A DNA stretch of 63,372 nucleotides, the filler included, from Gemmatimonadota bacterium (GTDB taxonomy: Bacteria; 4572-55; J002), in the NCBI GenBank assembly GCA_003697105.1. It is 4 parts of 4 records of this genome, joined end to end, with 100 filler letters (N's around TTAATTAATTAA, not from the genome) between each part and the next. Parts side by side here need not be neighbours in the genome. Positions count along the whole stretch, not along the records: positions 25,787 to 52,850 come from RFFQ01000091.1; positions 52,951 to 63,372 come from RFFQ01000093.1; 2 more parts are not named here. The stretch is one strand, 5' to 3'. Of the stretch, positions 49,445 through 59,700 are shown in pieces. The position numbers and the translations under genes are program-made. Below the pieces are notes generated by a model, which saw only the letters and a list, made by a program, of their open reading frames with translations, made no database searches and was not told the DNA's origin. Numbering within the stretch: position 1 is the first letter of the stretch; each line of letters begins with the position of its first letter.

Positions 49445-51211
49445 ATGGCAAACAAACCTCTTTTTCATGAGCGAATCAATCGCACTGTAACGGATGAGCA
49501 AGGTAAACAGTATGTTCAAATTCGGCATGAAAACCGGTTTTATAAGGTGGAATTTGTGGAGACCGAAGCCGAACTAAACAGCATTAAGACCTTAAATCAA
49601 GAGATTTTTACTGGGCACCAATCCTTAACCTACCGCCAGTTGATGAATCTGATCGGGCATGGCAAAGCCTTGATTATCCGCGATGATGCGGGGGCAATCG
49701 TTGCAAAATCACTGATTTTATTAGAACCGGTTGATGACCCGGACGTAAAACTTGCCCCGAAAATCAATCCGCGTTTAGCCACGGGCGAGGCATACACCTA
49801 CGAAATTTTTATTCTAGATGAGAGTATCCACCTTCACTACTTTTTTGTGTTACTGAAAGCACAAAAGGTGATTGCGTTGGAAGCCGGCAAGAAAAAGATG
49901 TTTTTACCGGTGAAATTTGACAATGTGGGCGGTATCCGTGACCGGATTGAGGAAGGATTCCGTATTACCGGTTATGATGCGAACTGGTATCCCGCTGAGG
50001 AGAGCGGTGAGCGGGAACGGCTGATCATGGAATGCGACTTGATTAATGACCCCCTGCCGTTCGATCCCATTGGTAAAAGCCTCCGGCTAGAACAAGAGCG
50101 GATTCCCGTCATCCGTACGGTGACCGATAAGCACGTGATATTAGCCATGCGCCCCGTAGAACTGGCAATACCCATCTCCTCTAGTTTAGAAATGGATAAT
50201 CTGGCACGAGACGCTATCGAACAAACACTCCTCTCCGGGTACATCGGCACCGGTTTGCTGTTAGCCGATGAGTACGGCCATACCCTACCGGGGCAAAATC
50301 TGTTAATCTTCCACAAAAACGATGACTATTATCCACCAGATTCACTCTTCTACGATCCGCACGTCACCACGGAATACGGACGCTTACGAGAAGTCATCGT
50401 CTGTTACCCGCCCGAAACGGCACAAATCGACCCGGAGGACGTGATCAACGACATCCAAAAATTGAATGTGGGCAATGTGGATACCATAGCTTACAAAGAG
50501 GAATACCAGCAGTTTGTCCGTACCTTGCAGGAACACGACGTGCATATTGTGCGCACCAATGTGGTCGGCAAAGGGGGTAAAACCGTGGTTTTCACCCGCG
50601 ATCCCGCAGTGACCATTGGCAATACATTCGTTGTTGGGCGGTTGGCAAAGGAGCAACGCACCTACGAAACCAACGGCATGATCCGTACGGCGCGGGGTAA
50701 AAAAATGGTGGTTTTGCTGGATGACGCCGAGGCGATTATCGAAGGTGGTGATGTCATTTTTATCGGCGATAAAAAATTAGCGGTCGGGCTGGGTCAACGC
50801 ACCACTCCGGCGGGCTTGCAACGCTTGCAAGAAACATTTCCGGACTACGAATTTATCGGGGTGGTACATCAGGAACTTCATCTGGATGTGCTGTTTACCG
50901 TTTTGGGCGAAAAAACATGCTTGCTGGATGTGACCCGCCTACCCGAAAGCTTCATCGAACGACTGAAAGATGAAGGATACCAGATGGTTATCGCCGAACC
51001 CTCGGAACAGGTCACGCTCGGTTGTAACGTCGTCTGTTTGGATAACAACAAAGTGATTGCCGTTGCCGAGAACCCCATCACCAACCAACGGCTACGCGAT
51101 GCCGGAATTGAGGTGATCGAAGTCAGTATGCCCAACATCATCAAAAACGGTGGCGGTCCGCGGTGTATGACGTGCCCCACCTTCCGGGAAGACTCAGATG
51201 TCCATCCCTAA
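49445..51211 (+). CDS. Fusion of a GNAT-like N-terminal domain and an amidinotransferase/arginine-deiminase-family (pentein) domain
   Basis: C-half: TEYGRLREVIV, FTRD, EGGD, HLD, GGGPRC. N-half has a GNAT-like pattern (N..GI...GFRI.G....WY). Start MANKP at 49445. Confidence 0.75.
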   Translation: MANKPLFHERINRTVTDEQGKQYVQIRHENRFYKVEFVETEAELNSIKTLNQEIFTGHQSLTYRQLMNLIGHGKALIIRDDAGAIVAKSLILLEPVDDPDVKLAPKINPRLATGEAYTYEIFILDESIHLHYFFVLLKAQKVIALEAGKKKMFLPVKFDNVGGIRDRIEEGFRITGYDANWYPAEESGERERLIMECDLINDPLPFDPIGKSLRLEQERIPVIRTVTDKHVILAMRPVELAIPISSSLEMDNLARDAIEQTLLSGYIGTGLLLADEYGHTLPGQNLLIFHKNDDYYPPDSLFYDPHVTTEYGRLREVIVCYPPETAQIDPEDVINDIQKLNVGNVDTIAYKEEYQQFVRTLQEHDVHIVRTNVVGKGGKTVVFTRDPAVTIGNTFVVGRLAKEQRTYETNGMIRTARGKKMVVLLDDAEAIIEGGDVIFIGDKKLAVGLGQRTTPAGLQRLQETFPDYEFIGVVHQELHLDVLFTVLGEKTCLLDVTRLPESFIERLKDEGYQMVIAEPSEQVTLGCNVVCLDNNKVIAVAENPITNQRLRDAGIEVIEVSMPNIIKNGGGPRCMTCPTFREDSDVHP

Positions 51212-51291
51212 ATCGGATCAACCAACAAACATTTTACCTTTATGACCAATATGTTATAACTCAGTTAATGGGTTCATAACCGGAGAGACTC

Positions 51292-51708
51292 ATGTACATC
51301 TATCACACCAGCATCAAATTGCATGATACCGATGCTGCCGGACTGCTCTTTTTTGCCAATCAGTTTAAACTGGCACATGACGCTTATGAGACCTTCTTTA
51401 ACGCCCTCGGTTTTAATTTGGGCAAGATGATCCAATCCGGTACGTTTGTTCTGCCAATTGTCCATGCCGATGCCGATTTTACTGCCCCGCTCTTTGTTGG
51501 AGACCGGGTCGGAATCCGCATCCATTTGGGAAAAGTGGGACGAAGTTCTTTTACGCTGCTGTACGATATTCTGCGTGAAACCGGAGAGACCGTCGGGCGA
51601 GTGAAAACCGTTCATGTGGCAATCGATAAACAGACACGGGAAAAAATCGAGCTTCCGGAGCGTCTCAAAATGGCACTGATGACGGGCGGGGAATCCCTTC
51701 CGGAATGA
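51292..51708 (+). CDS. Hotdog-fold acyl-CoA thioesterase (DHNA-CoA hydrolase-like)
   Basis: LHDTDAAGLLFFAN, PIVHADADF..PL.VGD, SSFTL.Y. Confidence 0.82.
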   Translation: MYIYHTSIKLHDTDAAGLLFFANQFKLAHDAYETFFNALGFNLGKMIQSGTFVLPIVHADADFTAPLFVGDRVGIRIHLGKVGRSSFTLLYDILRETGETVGRVKTVHVAIDKQTREKIELPERLKMALMTGGESLPE

Positions 51709-51827
51709 GAAAAAGAACTGGTTTTACATGGCATTTTAGTTGCAGGTTCCTTCCAAGGTTCATAGCAAATTGGGCGCGTTCAATACCAACAAATAGAATG
51801 ACCAATCACCCCTCACAAGGAGCCACG

Positions 51828-52748
51828 ATGATGAACCGAGTCGGATTCGGAACATTACTCATGTGCACTCTGCTTATTGGATGCCAGCCCCTAGACACGA
51901 AACAATATAAAGAGGTAAACCTCAACGATCAGTTTACCTATTCTGAGAACCATCGATCGACACCTGCAGAATACCATCCAGACCAGTGGGTGATTGCGAT
52001 TGCTTCGATTGTCTCAGCAAATGAAAGCTTCTCGGCATATGATGAACTGATCCAGTATATTGGGCTCAAACTTGGACAGCCCACCCGAGCGGTCTATACC
52101 AAAGATTACAGCGAGGTTTATACCCTTTTTAAAGAGCACAAAGTTGATGCGGCATTTATCTGTTCTGGGCTTTATATTATCGGTAAGAAACATCAGCTCA
52201 TGGAATTACTTACAGTACCAGTTGTCAATGGAGCTCCAACTTACCAGGCGTATATTATCGTGCCCCGTACCTCTTCCATCCAACAGTTTGAAGAACTCGA
52301 CCAAAAAACATTTGCTTTTACCGATAGACTCTCGCTAACAGGGTGCTTTTACCCGTTATATGGACACCAGCAACCCCTTACCTTTTGGAAAAAAGTTATT
52401 TTTACCGGAAACCATGATGCATCAATTGAGTTAGTCAACCGGGGGATTATTGATGGAGCCAGTGTGGACGGGTTAGTGTTTGAAGATATCGCCCGGAATG
52501 ACCCGTCACGAGTACAAAATATTCGTATTCTGGAGAAGTCCGAACCTTTCGGTATCCCCCCGGTGGTCGTTCATCCGAACGTGGGAAAAACCAATAAGCG
52601 CCTACTGCAACAGGTGTTTTTGCAGATGGATCACGATTCAACCGGGCAAAATATTCTTCGCAAAATCCATATCGATCATTTTCAACTTCCTGATGAAACG
52701 CTCTATGAAACGTTGGAATCAATGGTGCCGGACTCTATTATCCCGTAA
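51828..52748 (+). CDS. PhnD/SsuA-like substrate-binding lipoprotein
   Basis: Lipobox LIGC, AFICSGLY, YQAYIIV, FAFTD..SLTG, H..SI..V..G..DGASVD, PPVV. Confidence 0.82.
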   Translation: MMNRVGFGTLLMCTLLIGCQPLDTKQYKEVNLNDQFTYSENHRSTPAEYHPDQWVIAIASIVSANESFSAYDELIQYIGLKLGQPTRAVYTKDYSEVYTLFKEHKVDAAFICSGLYIIGKKHQLMELLTVPVVNGAPTYQAYIIVPRTSSIQQFEELDQKTFAFTDRLSLTGCFYPLYGHQQPLTFWKKVIFTGNHDASIELVNRGIIDGASVDGLVFEDIARNDPSRVQNIRILEKSEPFGIPPVVVHPNVGKTNKRLLQQVFLQMDHDSTGQNILRKIHIDHFQLPDETLYETLESMVPDSIIP

Positions 52749-52850
52749 GTTTATCCGAATTCGGACAAAATTTATTCTTTCGTCTGTTTTCGCGATTATT
52801 TCACTCGGGCTAATTCACCTTTTCATTACAAATACGTTTATTATCACCAC
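52705..52850 (+). CDS. N-terminus of a membrane protein, probable sensor kinase (3'-truncated by the contig end)
   Basis: MKRWNQW...IRIRTKFILSSVFAIISLGLIHLFIT overlaps the lipoprotein stop; the (I)RTK+TM start is typical of HAMP sensors. Confidence 0.5.
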
Positions 52851-52950
52851 NNNNNNNNNNNNNNNNNNNNNNNNNNNNNNNNNNNNNNNNNNNNTTAATT
52901 AATTAANNNNNNNNNNNNNNNNNNNNNNNNNNNNNNNNNNNNNNNNNNNN
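52851..52950. other. Artificial contig linker
   Basis: Same 100-nt spacer. Confidence 0.99.
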
Positions 52951-53045
52951 AAATCAAATTGAGCACCAAATGGAACGAAAAATCAAAAAACTGCAGAAAG
53001 CAGCATGAAGACTAAATCAACTAATCATTACTTGTCGAATTTGAG
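52951..53045 (+). mobile_element. Probable right end of a second IS type
   Basis: Contig starts with ...NQIEHQMERKIKKLQKAA* (stop 53006-53008) then ...CTTGTCGAATTTGAG, abutting a truncated gene. Differs from the IS end at 10520. Confidence 0.5.
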
Positions 53046-53527
53046 TAAATACCCTCCGTCAAGAGCGATTGCGGCTTGAAATCCCTCCGAATCTGTAAAA
53101 GATGGAAGGCATAGCTGATCTGGCAATAGTTGAACCTTGAAACTTCCCGACTCAGCACTGAAAGGTAGATCACACCCCAGTTAGAATCGGGAAGGTCTGG
53201 ATTTCTTGTAAAAATGATGGGCTGTTGTTCGGTTCCTTCAGCAATGATGTTGCCATCGACCCAGATCATCTTAGCCGGGGCTTCATTGCCGCCGATCTGG
53301 GTAAAGTTATAGTAATTGGGCGGATCAAATAAGGCAGAACGAACTTGAATGATCGTACCGGCTTGAATTGTCAAGGTCACATGGGGATCAATATACAGAT
53401 CGTTGACCACGATGTATGGATTGTTGCCCGGCGACCAAACCGTATCCTCGGTTAAATGCCCACCGACTTCTATTGCCAAGCTGGTGCAAGGTATCAGTAA
53501 CACCAAAACCATCAAAAGCTTATTCAT
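53021..53527 (-). pseudogene. Truncated secreted beta-helix-type protein (N-terminal fragment)
   Basis: Signal peptide, GGHLTEDTVWSPGNNPY, VTLTIQAG, V.GNIIAEGTEQQPIIFT...WGVIY: motifs that normally begin much longer proteins. Ends within the putative IS end. Confidence 0.6.
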
Positions 53528-53547
53528 GTCATTCTCTCCAAAAAGAA

Positions 53548-53580
53548 AACCCTCATAGAGTTCAAAACTCTATGAGGGTT
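53548..53580. repeat. Perfect intergenic palindrome (REP-like or terminator)
   Basis: AACCCTCATAGAGTT-CAA-AACTCTATGAGGGTT, a 15-bp stem. Confidence 0.7.
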
Positions 53581-53748
53581 AATATCGTTTACTTCAATAA
53601 GACAAGTTTGGTGATTTGCGTAAAATCGTCATTTTCAAACCGGCAGAGATAAATCCCTGAAGAAACATTTTGATTATAGTTTCGTGTACGGAAAAACCCC
53701 AGAAGAGGTTTACCGGGATTTAACCGATCCTATTCTGGTATTCTATCG

Positions 53749-56700
53749 TTATTTCAACAGCGTCATACGGTGGGTGCGGACGACCCCCTCACCGGTTTCT
53801 AAAACATAGAGATAAACACCACTGGCAACATCCCGTTGGTACTGATCCGTACCGTTCCACTCCACGGTATGATACCCAGCTTCCATTGTCTCATCCACCA
53901 ATGTGTTGACCAACTGTCCTTGCAGATTATATATCCGCAAGCTGATATGGCAGGCAACTGGCAGCCCAAAATCAATCCGAGTCTTTGGATTGAACGGGTT
54001 CGGATAGTTTTGGCTTAGAATCACCTGTTCTGGAATCATTACTTGGGGTACAATCTTCACTTCAGCCTGAATTGCCGGAAGCGGCTGTTCATTGAACATC
54101 AGATTATCCAGCATAACGGTGCCCGTTTGGCCCACGTCTCCAAGCACCTGAAAGACGATGTTAATCAACGTCCCTTCACCTTCTAACGGCGTTAGGCGAT
54201 ACCCGGCCAGATGTTTAGTGCCTTCGGCGAGAACAAATCCCTCGGTTAACGTTCCGGCGGTACGGTATTCCACAAATTCCAGCATTTCGGAATCATAATC
54301 CAGTACGGCTTGCATGGCGATAACACCCAATCCGGTAACATCCGTCACGTACACCGGAACGATCAATTCATGATCCGGTGCGACGGTCAAATCGGTTACG
54401 GAAAGGGGATTCATCGCCACCGGATGGTCCGCTTTGTGTGCTCGGGCGGCGGCTTCTGGTGACCAGTTGCCGGTCACCTCACCATAGATTATGCCCGTGA
54501 AGTCCTGATCCGGTTGGTCTGCATCTAACGGCATATATTCATACATTTCTGGCAGCCAGAGCCACTCACCGGTACGAGCGCTACTGGAAATATGGGATGA
54601 ATATTGCAGAATCCGAGCGGCATCGAATGGTGAAATCCCACCATCGCCTGTAACATCCGCCGCCATCATCTGATATTCATTGAAATCATACAAACCGGCG
54701 GAGTACTGCGCCACACGCGCCGCATCAAACGCCGAGATGGACGGGTGCGGCTGGGTCGCGTCCCCGTAACCCGCTAAGTTGACACTTAGGGTATAATTTC
54801 CTTCGGGCGTATCCATGAACGCGAACATACCGGTTTCACTGGTTTGCGCGGTAAATTCTCGATCTCCGGCGAGCATTACTTCCGTATTGGAAATCGCGGT
54901 ATCGTTCCAGTATTGCACCTGACCGGTTACATCAAACAAATTACCGCCCACATTGAAGCTAACCGGAATAACAATAGGGTTATCTATATCCGCATCATTA
55001 TGGATGATGGCAAGCGAGCCTGTATATGTGCCCAAAGCGTCCACGCGGCTCGCATCCAGATACACCGTCACTTCCGCAGAGCCATCACTATTGAGGGTGA
55101 GCTGTTCGGGTGTCGTGTAAAGCCAGCGGCTGGGGGAAATCTTCACCGCGAGGTCATCTTGGACATATTCTGCGTTACAGGCAATTTCCAGACCCGCACC
55201 CGCATTATCTTCGATTCCAATAGTGGCACTGTTGAGTATGCCGCTCATGGATTGATAATACAGATGAATATCATCATTATCATGCAAGACAATCTGGAAG
55301 GTGTAATCACCCTCTTGAGAGCTACTGAAGCGTTTCCAATGGGTGTATTGTACCGTGAAGGTGTTTCCATCCGTGTAGTAATACAGTTTACCACCGCGTG
55401 CCCGGAGGTCATCCCAGAATCCGGCAATCATGTTTTCGGGACCATCTGACATACCAATACAACTATTGCTGAAATCCTGGGAATCACTGGTAAAGGTGAT
55501 AAAGCCGGTACTGGCAATATTGACGGTGCTAAAGGTTTGACCATAGAAGTTAAAATCAAACCCAAGTTCAATATCCGGGAAGTTATCGCTGTCGCGGCTG
55601 AACAGTTCCGTACCCACTTCGCGGATGTCGTTCCAAACAAAGAAGGGTCCGCCATCTTCATTGCTATCTGTCCAGGTGTAACCGTAATAGTCGGGTCCGC
55701 CACTGCTACGCAAAACGGGCGTATTTTGGTTACGGTCGGTTTCGCCATGTACACCGCCTTCATCCACACCCACGACCGTCTTTTTGAGGTAACGAGTAGA
55801 GGCGGTTTCCATATCGGCGCGAATTTCCGCCATCAGGGGGAGGTCACCGCTCCCCAGATTGTCGATGGTCAACGTGACTTCAGCCATTTCACCTAAATCA
55901 TTGACTTGTGCGCTGATTTCTACCGGTTCAACCGTAATTTGCGGATCCGTCACGGTGATCGATACCGGGATGTTAATGGTATTGGCACAACCAAAGTTTG
56001 CCGTTAGGGTAGTGGTATATGTTCCGGCTTCGCTGGGTGCCGTAATCCAGACCGTGACCGTTTCGGAGTAGCGGGGCATCAATCCGTTGCCCATGGATGG
56101 GCTGGTGTCCAACCACGCCGCTTCGGGGTCTTCTGTAAAGGTATAATCCAGCGCGGCAGTGGCGGTAGCATCATTGGTTATCACAATTTCGACGGATTCC
56201 GTCTGATTTTCGTACAGATTGAGCGAAATTGCATCCGTATCCATCAGCGGAAGACATTCGCCTCCGGTAATTGTAAAGTAACAACCGACTTCTACATCCG
56301 GATGTTCCGGATCGTTGCTGAGGATGTGGGCAACGGCATAATATTCACCGTCAATCATGGTTGCTCCGCCGGCGCTTGCCGGTTGGGCATCAAAGAAGAC
56401 CGATTCGGTTACCGATTCACCTGCCATTACCGTACCCATTCCCGGGTTAAACGTGGCATACTCATAGGCGAAGTCACCCAAATCAATACCAACCAATTGG
56501 TCTGGATCGGATTGCACCATGGCACACAGCAGAATCGTACCGATTTCCCATTGAGTGGTCAGGAACAGACCGCCCGTGTAGGGACCACTGATACCCGGGG
56601 AAAGCGTTACACCGGTTAATTCCTGATTAAAAATATCATACTGGGAGATGACCGGATCACCTCCCGAATACGGGTCAAAAATCCAAAGGTAGGGTCCACC

Positions 56701-59700
56701 TAATGTCAGATTATCATACGCCAATCCAGTGATGCGATAGCTTGGATGATCGTAATACTCAACGGTACCATCCCGGTGGATAAACTGGATACCTTCATAA
56801 CTCCCGACCCAGAATCCATCCCGATCTTCATCGTAGGTCAGCCCGTCAAGGGAGACCAATTCTGGAATTTCAATCGTTCCAACAACGGCTTGAGCATCCA
56901 GATCAATTTGGTATAATGTATTACCCCGAGCCCCATCGGAGTAATAGGTGGCATATAAATATTCGCCATCCGAGGTAAAATCAAGGAAACCCACGGCAGC
57001 ATTGATACCACTAATGACCATGTGGTCTAAAATGTTACCATTTCGATCCAGTTTGTAAATGTGGGGCCGGTTAAAATCGCCTGTGTAAAAATAGGTTCCA
57101 TCAAAATATACGGCGGATTGGTACGGCGACTGTGTTTCTGCCTGCACATTCACATTGAGCAGGACATCACCTTGATCGCGTAGCACGGGAGTACTGGTAC
57201 GGCTTTGCGGAAGACTGCCTTCCACCGGCAATGTGGTAGTAATTGGATCGGAATTATCCAGCGAATAATGGGGGCGGGAAAACGCTTCTTTCAAGGGACG
57301 TACTGAGCGCGCCGCCGCCACTTGAGGCACTTCCGCGTTATAATCCACCACGATTTGGTAAGTTAAATCCCCAGAACCCGTATTTTGAATCACCACATCT
57401 ACCGGGTCTGTCGTTAAACCGGTATTGCGATCAATCGATAGACGAAGTTCTTCCGTGTCAACCCCAATTTCCGGATTATAGACATTCATGGCGACCGGAA
57501 CATTCAATGTTCCACTGTTGTCACCGGCTTCCCAGTGGATGAAGATGGTGCCTTCCAGCGTGCCTACCTCTTGGGCAGTATTAAATATAACGTCCATTTC
57601 CCGGCATTCCCCCGGGACGATTCCGGAATCCCAAGCTGGGCTGAACAAGAGCCAATCCACATCGGTACTCACCGTCCAGGCAATCGCTGAGGTGGAAGTT
57701 TCCGCATTACAAACATTTAAGGTTTGCGTGTACGGGGTATATGCCAGCACAGTTTCATTCAGTTCTTCCGGCACCACTGAGACCTCTGCGGTACCGCCAG
57801 TGATGTTCATTTCAATCGGGATGATACATTGCGGGGTTTCGGGGTCGTTGGATTCAATGATCATGTTGGCATAGTACATTCCGGCAAGCAATCCGGGTTC
57901 CGGGTTGAACGTGAGTGTTGTTGGTATGGATTCGCCGCCGGCAATTACTCCTTCATACGGTTCGGCGGAAACCCAAGAGACCGGCGGATTGATCATCACC
58001 GCCAATTGATTGTGGATATACGGCTCATTACAGACAATTTCCAAGCCGCGTTGGGCATTATCCTCAATGCCGGCAACAATCGGGACGGTATCGCCGACCA
58101 TCGTGTCATAGTACAATGCCATACGCCCATCGCGATGGATCACAAATTGGAACGTATATGGACCGCCGATACCGTAATAGCCCATCACGGCATCAAATTC
58201 AACAATAAACTCATCGGGACCCGCTTGGTAATAGACCGTTCCGCCCCACGGTACGCCTAAATCTGCCCAGAAAGCGGCAAACATATTTTCGGGACCATCA
58301 ATATCACCGATACACGAATTGGTGTAATCCACCATATTGCTGGTGAATGAGAGATAGCCTTTGCTACAAATATAAACACTGTTAAACGTTTGCCCGTAGA
58401 ATTCAAAATCGAAGCCCAAATCAAAGGGTCCTTGGGTCTCATCTGCGCCCATCAATAACTCTACTCCACTTTCACTGATGTCGTTCCAGATAAACTCAGG
58501 ACCCCCCGCTTCATCGCTGTCTATCCAGGTGTAGCCATACCAATCCGGACTCCCTGTGTTTCGTAGATTCCGGGCATCTTGGCGGCGTTCCGCGCGAACA
58601 TCGATCACACCCTGATGTTCTGCGTTCGGGGTGACATCGACCCCTTCAATGGTCTGCGGTAATCCTCCGGGGAGGGAGAGTTCCGGTCTCAGTTGAAGAT
58701 CAATGGTGTAAACCAAATCACCTTCGCCACTGTTGGTCAGAGTGAAATTGTCTGGATACGGGACATCGGTTTGCCCGACTTCAAAATCGATAGTCAATGT
58801 TTCATCGCATCCCACCGGGCTTGGTTCTATCCGCGGTACATAGACATCTAAAACCACCGGAACAGTGATTGTGCCGGAAGTTTCGTAATCCCCTTCTTGG
58901 TTGTCCGTCCAGTTGATGAGGAGATTGACCTCATTATCCCCTTCTGGGACGCCGGTGGCATCAAAGTACAGGGTGATTTCATCGGTGGCATCAAAGCCGA
59001 GAGGCTCTTCATTCGTGTAGTGGTCTAAGGTCAACCAGCTTACGGCGGGTTCCAGTACAATTTCGTAGTCTAACGTCGTATTGGCATTTGCTCCATTGCC
59101 GATGATCAGGGTATTTTCATCGTTGGTTTCGCCGGGTTGCAAGCTCACTCGGAACGAGTCCGGCATCGCATACGGATCGGGCGCACCCCCAACAAGGTTG
59201 AATTCACAATAGACCGGGAATTCGGGTATTTCGGGGTCATTGCTTTCAAAGGTCGCCGTGGCGTAGTAGAGTCCGCTAAACAGAATTTCTGCGCCATCGT
59301 CTTCGGGGTCGGCATCAAATTTAATAGTACCCATCACTGGGGAATCTTCGGGCCACACCGAGGCGACCTCCGGTATTACCGAGAGGAACGGGAAGCTACC
59401 AACCCCCCGGGCACCTAGCAGATCACTAAACCGGGCTTGATTTACCAGATTGGTTTGCGGATTCCAGTGATACTGACCAACCCATAGTTCACCGGCAAAA
59501 TCAAATTCACATCCACCGGTAAAGAGTTCTGGCGAAACGGGGTCCACAAAGATCGTTTCTTGTTCGCCAGAAGGGTCATATAATGCCCAATTATCAGCCA
59601 CTTCCGTAGTTTGCAACAAGCGGTTTGACGCTTCGTGGAAGGCTAATGTTGCGGGATAGTTCAAGGCAGAGGGGAAACTACTGATCAGCGTTCCCGGTTG

